Position numbers and translations under genes: made by a program. DNA of 64,000 nucleotides from NCBI RefSeq assembly GCF_009914755.1, contig NC_060927.1. One strand, 5' to 3'. The notes under the pieces are model-generated. The model had not been told where the DNA came from. It was given only the letters and a program-made list of their open reading frames with translations, and ran no database searches. This DNA is from the human T2T-CHM13v2.0 reference genome, Homo sapiens. Shown in pieces: positions 16,953 to 36,538 of this stretch. Each line of letters starts with the position of its first letter. The stretch's first letter is position 1.

Positions 16953-18544
16953 TTAACAGTCGAATCTCATGTCTATAGCTTCATCCAAACTTTTATCATC
17001 ATGTGTACTGGCAGCTAAAAACGTCGTTACTGGGGACCCTGTGACATTTATTACACTGGTGCTGGTACTAGCGTTACGCACAGCAATGCTAGTCACGTTA
17101 ATGCCCAAAGTGAGCCTGGTCTGCTCCAAGGCCTTTTCTGGCACGGCAAATGCCTCCAGCTTCTTCTCCCCATTGGCCATATAGGAGTTTTGGCAGCCAC
17201 GACATATACAATCTAAGCAGGCTTTGCGGTTAGAGTAGCAAGGGCAGCGTTGGCCTCGGCATGTAAGAACACTTGGATTTTGAGTAGCACGCCCACATTT
17301 ACACCCTTTCTTTTCCTGGGGTTTTTTGTACACAGTCTTGGTAGGACTTCCTGGCATAAAATGATGACTAGGAATCTTTTCCTTTACTGCTTTGTCTTTT
17401 TTAAGAATACCTGGCTTGGTTTTAGAGTGAGATTTCTTGGATCCATGTTCATGACTCTTTTTCATGCTTTTAGTAGATAAAAGTACAGTTTTGCTGATTT
17501 TAGGTGTTGTGCCTCCATTGGGAACAGTTGCTATAGGTTGAAGAGAAATTTTGCTCTCCCGTTTCACTGTCACAGGAGCAGATGCCCCCAGTGTTGGGCC
17601 TCGGATAATGGTAGAAATTGGAAGTGGCTGAACTTTCTCACTGTCACTCTCTGATCTGGATCGTTTTCTATTCAATTTTGCTATCTTCGGAGTTGCTGCT
17701 GTACATGATAACCCATGAAGTGCAGGACTGGTGGACATAAAAACATTATGGCTAAGAGACTGGGAAGAAAGCTGCAGAAAAGGTCCATTGGATACAGTGG
17801 CTTCCAAGTTCGGCTGCAAATTAGGGCAACAGACCTCTGTATTTGAAACAGTTTCTAAGCTGCGGAGTACTTCCTCAACACTCAGTAACAGAGAGTCTCC
17901 AGGTTTTATATCTTCACTGAAACTGCAGATATCAATGCCTGTGGAACATAAGTCAGTGGCTACTGTGTCACAAACGGGTGGCAGGCTGTCAGACAGATCC
18001 TCAGTTTTTATGTCAACAGTATTACATACGTCAATCGTATTTGAATGTTCAGGTGAAGGAATATTTATACCAAATCTATCTATTGAAAGCCCATTATAAG
18101 TAGGCAAACCATTGATAACAGAACTGCCAATAGCAATGCTGAGGGTGCTTTCAGACATTGGAGATAAACTAGCTTGAGGATCAGTTGTGGGTTCTGAGGT
18201 TGAAGGTAAAGGGGAATGTGTCAAACACAAAGTAAAGGATGAATCTGAGGGTTTTTCTGTCTCCTCACAAAACAATGATCCATCATTAAGCAAAGCCAAA
18301 ATATCAGAAGAACAGTCAACTGCTTCTATTATATCCCGTGCCAGTGTAGTCTGTGTTATATACTCGCATAGTTTTTTGTAGCAGTTCACTAGGATGCTTA
18401 ACTGCTTGTTTTCCTCAAACTGCTCATAGTCTTTGCACCAGCTACAGGAAGGTTTCATCATCATTTTCTTGCCTTTACAAGTTTTGCAGACATAATGTTG
18501 GCAGGTGGAGTTGGTGGGTGCAATAGGATCTTGTAGCAAATGTC
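16953..18544 (-). CDS. MSL2: MSL complex subunit 2, coding exon 2 (rest of RING finger, CXC domain ~17185-17303)
   Basis: Acceptor ctttcctccttctcccccttag|GA CAT; encodes HLLQDPIAPTNSTCQHYVCKTC..PSCSWC and CKCGRATQNPSVLTCRGQRCPCYSNRKACLDCICRGCQN; 142+1592 nt = 577 aa + stop. Confidence 0.98.
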
Positions 18545-19298
18545 CTAAGGGGGAGAAGGAGGAAAGCAAAGATTTTAGTAAAATAAATTTACCATTTCAT
18601 AAACTGAAGTTTAGATGACATAAGTAGTCTATCAAAATTGAGATGAATTAAACTCACTAGACCAGATAACAGAAAATATATCTTAGAAGAAACGGAAGAA
18701 TCTTCAATTAGCTCGCTTGATTTCATGCCATATTCCCCATTCAGTTATCTCAAACCAAAATCATCCTTGATTCTGTGTCTCTCTCCCCAAGCAATACGTT
18801 CTGGTCCACCTTCTTATCCTCTTCCTCCAAAGGCTATAAAGTTAAAGAGGTGAAGATCAGACACCAGAAGCACAAACTAGGGTTAAAACCCTTTGGATAG
18901 CCAGGTGTGGTGGTGTGTGCCTGTAATCCCAGCTATTCAGGAGGCTGAGGTGATGGCTTGAGCCCTAGAGTTCAGGCTACGGTGAACTATGATCTTGCCA
19001 CTGCACTCCCGCCTGGGTGACAAAGCGAGACCCTGTCTCAAAAACAAAACCAAAACCCTTTGGACCTCAACCTAACACAACATGGCAATGCTACAACATG
19101 CTGAACAAAATCATATTGATTATTTTTTGCTGGACACTGGGGAAACAGATATGAGTAAGAGAGATTTAGTCCCTGCCCTCATAAAAGATAGTCTTGAGGG
19201 CATTCATCAGTAGAAAAGTATCTTCACAGAAAAAAAAATTTTTTCAACCAGTTTTTAATGCATATATACTAATCATAAACTTTAAAGAAAAAAGATCA

Positions 19299-19666
<368 letters not shown>

Positions 19667-20796
19667 TCACCTGAGGTCAGGACTTTGAGACTAGCCTGGC
19701 CAACATGGTGAAACCCTGTCTCTACTAAAAACGCAAAAATTAGCCGGGCAGGGTGATGGGCACCTGTAATCCCAGCTATTCAGGAGGCTGAGGCAGGAGA
19801 ATCCCTTGAACCCAGGAGGCGGAGGTTGCAGCGAGCTGAGATTGTGTCACTGCACTCCAGCCTGGGCGACAAGAGCAAAACTCCGTCTCATTTAAAAAAA
19901 AAAAAAAAGGAGTTTCAGTAGCAGAGAACTATGTTCAACTACATTAAAACAAAGAAAAAAGGAGTACTACTCAACTCAAATTCTTCTAGAAAAAAATACA
20001 AAATGGAAAAAATTATATTTAAACTTATTAAAGAAAACAAAACTAGGGTATAATACTGGGCTCAAATTCTTCTGACAGATTTCAAAACGACCATGGTTTA
20101 ATTATAAACCACAAGTATCCTAACTGCGACAATACAGTATAATGAAGTAGTCCCCCGACTTGACACAATTCTCAAATTATCAATGACATATACATACAAA
20201 CCAAGAAGGGAAAGGAACTAGACCCAGTTCCCATCTCCACTCTTACTCTCCAAAGCTGCAACTGCTCCTTGGTTCCCAATCCAGACAAATGGTCAGCAAT
20301 TACCCAAAGCGGTACCTCTTCTCATAAATCACACAAAGAATATGTTCAACCACAACAGAAATTAGAAATCAGTGGGAAAAAAAAAAATGAGAAAAATCCC
20401 CAAGTATCTGGAAATTAAACATATACCAAAATAACTTATAAGCCAAAAACATCATAAGAGAAACTGAGAAAACATTTACCAAATGAAAACACCACATATC
20501 AAAATTTGGAGAATGCAACTAAAGCAGTGTTTAGTGGGAAATCTATAGCTCTGAAAGTCTGTATCAGAAAATAAGGTCTTAAGCTAGGCACAGTGGCACG
20601 TGCCTGTTGTTCTAGCTCTCTGAGAGGCAGAGGTGGACACTCATTTAAGCCCAGGAGTTCAAGACCAGCTTGGGCAAGACAGCAAGACCCTGTCTCTAAA
20701 AAAAATTATAATACATTTTAAGAAAGCGGCTGGGCAGGGCGCAGTGGCTCACAACTGCAAATCCCAGCACTTTGGGAGGCCGAGGTAGGCAGATCA

Positions 20797-22862
<2,066 letters not shown>

Positions 22863-22998
22863 GCAAAGTCTCAAGTCAATAACCAAAGCTTTCTTTCACC
22901 TTAATAGGAATCCCAAACTAATCAGGTTAAAGCAAATAATGAAGATTAGAGCAGGCCACAGTGGCTCACACCTGTAATCTCATCACTTTGGGAGGCCA

Positions 22999-23106
22999 AG
23001 GTGGGCTGATCACCTGAGGTCAGGAAGGCGGGCCGATCACCTGAGGTCAGGAAGGCGGGCCGATCACCTGAGGTCAGGAAGGCGGGCCGATCACCTGAGG
23101 TCAGGA
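22999..23106 (+). repeat. Minisatellite, 4 x 27 bp (aggcgggccgatcacctgaggtcagga), inside an Alu left arm
   Basis: gatcacc recurs at 23008, 23035, 23062 and 23089. Confidence 0.97.
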
Positions 23107-23798
23107 GTTCGACACCAGCCTGGCCAATATGGTAAAACCCTGTCTCTACTAAAAATACAAAAATTATCCAAGGGTGGTGAACACCTGTAATCCCAGCTAC
23201 TCAGAGACTGAGGCAGGAGAACTGCTTGAACCTGGGAGGAGAGGTTGCAGTGAGCCAAGATAGTGCCACTCAACTCCAGCCTGGGCGACAGAGCCAGACT
23301 CCAACTCAAAAAAACGAAAATAAATAAATGAATACAGATTAGGGCAGAAACCAATACAAGAGAAAGCAGAAAAACCAAAGAGAAAAATAAATAACACCAA
23401 AAGTTGGTTGTTTTAAAAGATCAAAGAAAACAAGAATACAAATTACCAAAATTAGAAATGAAAGGAGTCAGAGTATCACTAGTGCCCTACAAAATGTGAA
23501 GAATTAAGGAAGCCCTATGAACAACTTTATGCCAACAATTTTAGACTACTTCGATGAAATGGATACATTTCTCTAAAGACACAAATGACCAAAATTCACT
23601 GGAGAAAAAGTTTTAAAACTGAATAGACCTGTAATAAAAGTTTTAAATAGCCACTGAAGATTTTCCTCAAAAGAAGACTCCAGGGCTAAATGCCTTCACT
23701 GGTAAATTCTAACAAATAATTAAAAAGGAATAACACCCAAACATAGAGGAGGAGAAAACACTTCCCAACTCATATTTAAAGGCCAGTAACTACTATGA

Positions 23799-24108
<310 letters not shown>

Positions 24109-25013
24109 TCAAAAAAATTAAAATTAAAAAAAAAAAAAAGAAAATACAAACCAAAATCTCCCATAAACATGACAAAATCCATAACAAAACATTCAAGAGA
24201 ATTCCACAACATATAATACAATACCTATTCACACACACACACAAATTCACAAACGAGAAATTGAACTTCTTTAACTTGATGGTGGTGGGCACCAAAAAAT
24301 CTAAAGCCAACTTTACTTAAAGGTAAAACACAACGCTTTCCTTCCAAAGATCAGGAACAAGGAAAGGATGCCTGCTGTTGCCACTTCTTTTCAAAATTGT
24401 ACTTGTTCTAGCTGGTGCAGTAAGGTTCAAAAGGAAAAGAAAAAAAAAGGCATCAAGACTAAAAAGAAACAAGTAAAATTGTTTTAGTAATGGATTACAC
24501 AATTCTGCTTACAGAAAATCTCAAAAAACGCACACACGCAAACTACTAGTACCAATAAGCAAATTTAGCAAGGTCATAGCACAAACAATATATACAAAAG
24601 TCCACTGCATTTTCCATTTCTATATGCTAGGAATGAACAAACTAATTTTTTAAAATTCCATTCACAATAGCATCAAGAATATACTTAAAATATTTAGAAA
24701 AACTTTAACAAAGACTTCTACACTCAGCACTACAAAACACAGCTGAAAGAAATTAAAGAGTATCTAAACAGACATGTTCATGGATTAGAAGACTACCAAT
24801 ATATTGTCAAGATGGCAGTTTTCCCCAAAATTGATGTGTCTGTAAGTTCAATGCAATCTTTAATCCCAGGCAGCTTTTTTTCTTAAAGAAATTGACAGGC
24901 TGATCCTAAAATTCATATGGAATCACAGAGGACAGGCAAAACAACTTTGAAAAACAACAAAATTACAGGACTTACACTACCAAATTCCAAATTTTACTAT
25001 AAAGCCATAGTAA

Positions 25014-25412
<399 letters not shown>

Positions 25413-25800
25413 TGATCCGCCCGCCTCGGCCTCCCAAAGTGCTGCGATTACAGGCGTGAGCCACCACGCCTGGCCAAGGAGAGTATTTTCAACATACCAT
25501 GTGAAACAATTTGATATCCAAATGCCAAAAGGAAAAAAACAAACTTATACCCTTACCTCACAACATACACAAAAATTAAAATGATCACAAACCTAAATGT
25601 AAGAGCTAAAATATAGAAATTCTAGAAGAAAACGGAGAAGAAAATCTTTGTAACTTTCTATTGGCCAAAGTGTTCTTATACGTGACATCAAATGCACAAT
25701 TCACAAAAAGGAAAAAAAAATAGTTAAATGGATTTTCTCAAAATTAAAAACTTACTGTGCTTCAACAAAAGACACCATTAAGAAAATGAAAAAATGGTCA

Positions 25801-25932
<132 letters not shown>

Positions 25933-26104
25933 TTAGCTAGGCGTGATGGCACACGCCTGTAGTCCCAGCTACTCAGGAGTCTGGGGCAGGAGAATTGCTT
26001 GAATCTGAGAAGCAGAGGTTGCAGTGAGCCAAGATGGTGCCAATGCACTCCAGCTTGGGCGACAGAGAAAGACTCTGTCTCAAAAAAAAAAAAAAAAAAA
26101 AAAA

Positions 26105-26175
26105 GAGGGAAGGAAGGAGGGAGGGAGGGAAGGAGGGAAGGAAGGAGGGAGGGAGGGAGGGAGGGAGGGAGGGAG
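26105..26175 (+). repeat. (GGGA/GGAA)n polypurine repeat after an Alu tail
   Basis: Direct reading. Confidence 0.95.
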
Positions 26176-26667
26176 ATCAAAAATAAACCACAGACTGAGA
26201 GAAAATATTTGCAAATCACAATTAAAAAAAAAAAAACAATGCAAGCCAGGCGTGGGGGCTCACTCCCAGCACTTCGGAAGGCCGAGGCGGGCAGTTCAGG
26301 AGTTCGAGACCAGCCTGGCCAACACAGTAAAACCCCATCTCCACTAAAAATACAAAAATTAGCTGGCTGTGGTGGCATGCACCTGTAGTCCCAGCTACTC
26401 AGGAGGCTGAGGCAGGAGAATCGCTTGAACTCAGGAGGCGGAGGTGCAGCGAGCCGAGACCATGCCATTGCACTCCAGCCTGGGAGACACAGCAAGCCTC
26501 CATCTCAATTAAAAAAAAAAAAATTCAAATCGGTAAAATGACAATATAATTTTAAAAGCAAAAATCTGAATAAACATTTCACCAAAGAAAATATATGAAT
26601 GACCAGCCGGGCACAGTGGCTCACACCAGTAATCCCAGCACTTTAGGAGGACAAGATGGGCAGATCA

Positions 26668-27042
<375 letters not shown>

Positions 27043-27684
27043 TTATATACTGCTCGTAAAATGTAAAACAGGTACAACAATCACACTGAAATACAGTTTG
27101 GTAGTTTCTTAAAAAGTTAAGACACAAATTTACCATAGAAACCAGCAAAATTCTACTCCTAGGAACCTACCTAAAGAGAAATAAAAACATATCCACACAG
27201 AAAAACGTATGTGAATGTGCACAGCAGCATGATTCCTAATGGCCAAAAATTAGACACAATCCAAATGTCCATTAATTGGTGAGTAGATAAACAAAATGTA
27301 TATTCATGCAATGGAGTTCAGCAATTTAAAGGAATAAAGTATTGGTACATGCCACAACATGGATGAACTTCCAAAACATTTGCTAAGTGAAAGAAGCAGA
27401 TACAAGAGTACATTATTGCATAATTCCATTTATATAAAATGCCCAGAAATGATAGGAAAGCAGAAAAACAGTGGTTGCCTAGGGCTGAGAGTGGAGCAGT
27501 CATTAACAGTAAATGGGCACAATGGAACCTTTTAGGGGGATGAAAGTGTTCTAAAATCAGATAGTGGTGATGGTTACACAACTCTAAAATTTAAAAATAA
27601 CACTTTAAGACAAGGCACCAATAGTTACAGAATCCAACCTTCTACCTAATGCCAATGCAAGGATCCCTTAAAGAGTGTCCTTAG

Positions 27685-27900
<216 letters not shown>

Positions 27901-28399
27901 TAATTTTTTATTTTTAGTAGAGACGGGGTCTCACCATGTTGGTCAGGCTGGTCTCGAACTCCTGACCTCGTGATCCACACACCTCAGCCTCCCAAAGTGC
28001 TGGGATTACAGGCATGAGCCACAACACCTGGCCCTATATATGCATTTGAAAAGATAAACCATAAGGTTTTTAAAAAAAAAAAAAAAAGAGGGCTACCAGG
28101 CCAGGTGTGGTGGCTCACACCTGTAATCCCAGCAGTTTGAGAGGCCAGCGTAGGCAGATCACTTATCTCAGGAGTTAGAAACCAGCCTGGGCAATATGGC
28201 AAAACCCCATCTCTACAAAAAATAAAAAAAATTAGCCATGGACGCTGGCACGCACCTTAGTCCCAGCTACTCAAGAGGCTAAGATGAGACGATGGCTTGA
28301 GCCTGGGCCAGAGGTTGCAGTGAGCCGAGATTGCGCCACTGCGGTCCAGCCTGGGCAACAGAGCCTGCACCTGTCTCAAAAACAAAATAAAAGGGCTAC

Positions 28400-30030
<1,631 letters not shown>

Positions 30031-30612
30031 ATCCAGCTAATATGTTAATCAAAACCTCCGCTAACCATGGAGCACCTTAAAGGACTCATACTCTACATGT
30101 CTTTAGTCTTCTATGAGGTTTTAGAAGAGTAACCATGCCAACTGTTGAGAAATGAAAATAAGCTGGAAGGCACCAAAACTCACTTAGCTTCACAGACTGC
30201 CCACCATTCCCCACCACAAATATCTGAAACTTAACTATTAAAGATGCCCATTGGCAAACTAACTTTATGCACTCAGATAACCATCCTAACTCTTCAAAGT
30301 TTCCCCAAGGGTTCTCTATACACTTCACAATGAAGGCAGCTCCAATGATGTGAGAAATAGAAAAGAGTCATTCAGGAGCTTCTTAGCTGGGATCACAGTT
30401 AATCAAATATCTAACTATGTCTCTAAGAAACCCCCCACCTCCAACTTAAGAAATACCAGACAACATACTTGAATTTGTTGGAAAAAAAAATGCATCTTAT
30501 CCTAGAAAATAAAATGGATGGGCAATATACAACAGGAGGAAATATGTCAGTCACTGGTAGATTCTCCTATAAAAACTGTGGAGTGTTTAAGGAAAGGTTT
30601 GATTTAGCATAG

Positions 30613-30891
<279 letters not shown>

Positions 30892-30908
30892 TGAACTGCT
30901 GGCGCTCA

Positions 30909-31061
<153 letters not shown>

Positions 31062-31562
31062 TCACGATTACCATCCTTTTCATAAGTGGACATATAACTA
31101 AACGAATGATATTTATGTGCTCTGTCTAAACAAATAATGTGATATTGACCCTAAAAATATTCATTTTTGTGCCTCAACATTTTCATTTTTGTTTAGTTAC
31201 CAATTTCTTATTTACTCTCCCTCTTCTTAACTGCTTTTCCTCAAGTCAGTCAATTTTAAATTTAAGGCTAAGACATAGTTTTAGGATACCACAATGCTAA
31301 TTTTTGTAATTTCTGGGAAAATATAACTGTTGATAATTAATTTACTAAGATATTTAATATCAGATTTTTTAATGCTCTTAATGAGTGAATCTTTTTATTA
31401 TGGAGACTTTCAAACAGACAAAAGAACACAATACAAGTAACCTCCATATACTCATAACCCAGAATAATTCTTATGCCACATTTAATTCACCTACTCATCT
31501 TCTGTTCTTTATTTCAAAAAGCAAATCCAGACATCATTAATTTTTAAACCAGATTAAGATTT

Positions 31563-31840
31563 AATTGTTAATGGCTACAAAAGAAATAGAAAGAATGAAT
31601 AAGACCTAGTATTTGATAGCATAACAGGGTGACTACAGTCACTAATAATTGTAAATTTAAAGTTAAGAGTATAATGGGATAACTAAAAGAGTATAATGGA
31701 ATTGTTCGTAACACAAAGGATAAATACTTGAGGGGATTTTACATGATGTCATGATTATGCATTGAGTGCCTGTATCAAAACATTTAATGTACCCCACAAA
31801 TACATACACCTACTATGTACCCATAAAAATTAAAATAAAA
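31563..31840 (+). mobile_element. L1MA 3' end fragment
   Basis: gaatgaataagacctagtatttgatagca..cctactatgtacccataaaaattaaaat. Confidence 0.8.
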
Positions 31841-31891
31841 TATTTAAATGTACGTACCAGTAAAAAAAAAAAAAAAAAAAAAAAAGATTCA

Positions 31892-32227
<336 letters not shown>

Positions 32228-34177
32228 TCAGCCACCAAAAAGAAAAAAAAAAATTTGTTAAGTAATATTTTTTTGAATCAACATGCTTTTTAAAGCAATA
32301 AACCTTCCCTCTTATTAAAACAAATTTAACATAGATCATTCAAATAATTACAGTATTAACATGCCAAAACTAGAACCTAGATTGACTGGCATTTATCCTC
32401 ATGCATATCCCTGACAAGACTCACTGCCAGCCAGCATCAAGATTTACAGAGCAGTGTAAATTTGAAGCAGCATAAGTTTGAGAGGCAAATAGCGCTAAAA
32501 TAAATAAACCGTAACTAAGTCTCAAATTGCTTGCCCGTCTCTATACAAGAGATGAGCACTCCTCCTTAGCACAGATAAACAACAAGGTTATCAGTACTCT
32601 TGGAAAACTCTTTAAATACATAGTTGATCCCAGTTTTCAATAAAGCAACTAGTAATTCACTCACTTCAAAATACTACTGGTAAAGGCAGCTGTACTACAA
32701 ATTTTATGCTGATGTGCAGACTACCAAGTAAATTATGTCTTAATTACTTCTGAAGCAAGATTTTTTAATTCTCCATTCTAACTGAAGTATTTAATGTCAC
32801 AAATACTTTGACCAGATTATGGGAGAAATTAAGTTTATGGAAATGAGGAGAAGGGGCACAAGAAAAAAAATATATAAAACTGATAATGGCTAATACTTAG
32901 CAAAATTTGTTAACAACTAAAAATAAACCTGTGAACACTGGACCTGGCAATAATAATGATCATAAAATGGCAAAAATTATCAGAGATTAAAATGTAACAT
33001 GGACAAATTAAACATGAACAACAAGAGACTTTATCAATCAAATCCTCATTTTAAAGTTCACATGCAAAAGAAATCCCAATGAAAATTTCAGTAAAATAAA
33101 AACTTGGTAAAAGTGAAAAATGGTTTAGTTGTTCTATAGAAAAAAAAAAATATCAAGGAATTAAACTACCTCAATGGCTTAACTTTGGCCTTTGACAAAA
33201 ATGCATCATATAATTCTAATTTAAATGTCATATGCACAAAAAAAATTCTCAGAATCAAAACATTCTGTATTTACCACCAGCCTCTCTCCATAATTCTTTT
33301 TCTGGTCATGCTTCCATTACAGCAAGGACTAACTAATCAATAACCTCAAATAATGCAAATAATTTTACATAAACCTTTTGTTTATGACTCATGAGGATGA
33401 AGGAAAATTAATGAAGACTCACATGAATATCATGAAATGCCACTAACAGAAAGCAAAAAATGGACACATGCAGGTGATTTATAATTAAAACCATCATGTC
33501 ATTTGTCCAAGATGCATTCTCAGAAACCAGAATTTTAAATGGTCAAGGTATCCACAAGAAGACTCAAATCTTATAATACTTAAATATATGGGAAAATATT
33601 TGGAATGGAAAAAAATCAGTTTTTGTAATACCCTCAATCAACTTTTCCAACGTAATGAAAGAGAAAAATAACAGTACAGAATCAAACAGCTATAAAATAT
33701 GTGGCATCCTACAAAAGACAGGAAACAGTTTTCCGCTTTTATTGACGAGAACCACATGAAACAAGAGATATCTACACAGTACCTCAATAAAATATGCTTT
33801 ACATCAGAGCCTAAATTTGCTTCCCAAAAAACGGACCCACACCAAAAACAGGAATAAAAAGCGGCCAGAGAAACTCATAATAAGTTCTCAAGATGGCTGG
33901 GAGTGGTGGCTCACACCTGTAATCCCAGCACTTTGGGAGTCCAAGGCAGGAGTTATCGCTTGAAGCCAGGAGTTCAAGATTAGCTGGGTAATGAAGTGAG
34001 ACCCCAACTCTACCAAAAAAAAAGCAAACAAGCTCTTAAGGCAAAAGAAAAAGAATTAAAAATGACAAAAACTTCACTTGCTAAAATGGGATAACAACAG
34101 TCGTGAGACTTTAAAATCATTACTAAAGAAAGAAGAAAAAGAACACAAACCAGTTATCTTAAAATACTCAAAAAAAT

Positions 34178-34566
34178 TACTGGATAAAGAAAATGTGGCA
34201 CACATAAACCATGGAATACTACGCAGCCATAAAAAACGATGAGTTCATATCCTTTGCAGGGACATGGATGAAGCTGGAAACCATCATTCTCAGCAAACTA
34301 ACACAAGAACACAAAACCAAACACCGCATGTTCTCACTCATAAGTGGGAGTTGAACAATGAGAACACATGGATACAAGGAGGGGAACATCACACATCTGA
34401 GCCTGTTGGGGGTAGGGAGCTAGGGGTGGAGTAGCATTAGGAGAAATACCTCGATGACCGGTTGATGGGTGCAGCAAACCACCATGGCACGTGTACACCT
34501 ATGTAACAAACCTGCACGTTCTGCACATGTATCCCAGAACTTGAGTATAATAATAAAAAAAAAAAA
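34178..34566 (+). mobile_element. 5'-truncated L1PA 3' end with A tail
   Basis: ggataaagaaaatgtggcac..catgttctcactcataagtgggag..aacctgcacgttctgcacatgtatccc. Confidence 0.92.
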
Positions 34567-36179
34567 CTCACCAAAGTTTTTAAATATTAAGTTTTCCAGG
34601 TTCACTAATTCTAAAACCAATTTCCTCAGCAATTACTGTTCAATGAGATAACACCCTTTTTGACAGCCACTGCTTTCCAAATGGCCCAGATAACTTTACT
34701 GATCATCTAAGCATAGCTACAATCATATATACAGAAGAAAATACAGAAGAAAAAAAAGAAAACCTTTATTAACAGCAAAAAGCATTTTGTTGCCAGCCAT
34801 ATCACACGGCTGTGAGGCTCTTGATCAAAAGACAGGATGGTAACTTAAGCAATGACAAAACATTTTTAATGGATGACAAGAGGCGCACTTTATCTTGGAA
34901 AGGCACTCTGCAACGCTGCAAACAGAAAATCTTCCACTATTTTGTACAGGAATGTAGTCTTGGATTCTGCCAGGCAAATCTTTCCTGTACCATGGGGGCA
35001 TGGCTTGTTTTTGTTGTTGTTGTTTTGGCGGGGGGGGGGGGGGGGGGTGGTGCTTATTTTTTAAATGGTTACGGGTACATAATTTTTGTGCATATGTATG
35101 GGGGTACACGTGATATTCTGACAAGCATATAACCTGTAACAATCAAATGAGGCTAACTGGAATATCCATCACCTCAAACATTTATCATTTCCTTGTGTTG
35201 GGAACATTCCAAATCCACTCCTATTATTGGTTTTGGTGGGTTGTTTGTTTTTTGTGTTTTTTTTGAGACGCAGTCTCACTCTGTCACCTAGGCTGCAGTG
35301 GAGTGGCATAATCTGGGCTCACTGCAACCTCTGCCTCCCTGGTTCAAGCAATTCTCCTGCCTCAACCTCCTGAGTAACTGGGATTACAGGTGCACACCAC
35401 CACGCCCAGCTAATATTTTGTATTTTTAGTAGAGACGGGGTTTCACCATGTTGGCCAGGGTGGTCTTGAACTCCTCCTGACCTCAGGTGATCCACCTGCC
35501 TCGGCCTCCCAAAGTGCTGGGATTACAGGCGTGAGCCACCGCACCCAGCCTCTACGTGTTTTGAAATATACAATAAATCATGGTTAACTGGCCAGGCACG
35601 CTCCAGCACTTTGGGAGGCCAAGGTGGATTGATCACTTGAGGTCAGGAGTTCAAGACCAGCCTGGTCAACATGGTAAAACCTCATCTCTACTAAAAATAA
35701 AAAAGTAGCCAGGTGTGGTGGCAGATGCCTGTAATCCCAGTTACTCGGGCTGAGGCACAAATCATTTGAGCCCAGGAGGTGAAAGATGCAGTGATCCAGG
35801 ATCGCGCCACTGCACTCCAGCCTGGGCGACAGAGAGACTCCATTAAAAAAAAAAAAATCAGCGGGGCGGTGGCTCATGTCTATAATCCCAGCACTTTGGG
35901 AGGCTGAGGCAGGCAGATCACCTGAGGTCAGGGGTTCACGACCAGCCTGGCCAACATGGTGAAACCCCGTCTCTACTTAAAAATATATATATATACAAAA
36001 ATTAGCTGGGCGTGGTGGTGCATGCCTGTAATCCCATCTACTCAGGAGGCTGAGGCAGGAGAATCATTTGAGCCCAGGAGGCAGAAGCTACAGTGAGCCG
36101 ACATCACACTACTGCACTCCAGCCTGGGAGACAAGAGCAAAAATCCCTCTCAAAAAAAAAAAACCATTGTTAACTATAG

Positions 36180-36538
<359 letters not shown>

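Noticed and set aside
16969-18381. + strand ORFs opposite MSL2 exon 2
   Set aside because: Antisense shadows of the coding sequence.
18545-18569. MLSSFSPL start of the 538-aa ORF
   Set aside because: This is the polypyrimidine tract of the acceptor; the real N-terminus comes from exon 1.
22999-23106. 27-bp direct repeats as a CRISPR array
   Set aside because: No spacers; the unit is Alu sequence in a primate genome.
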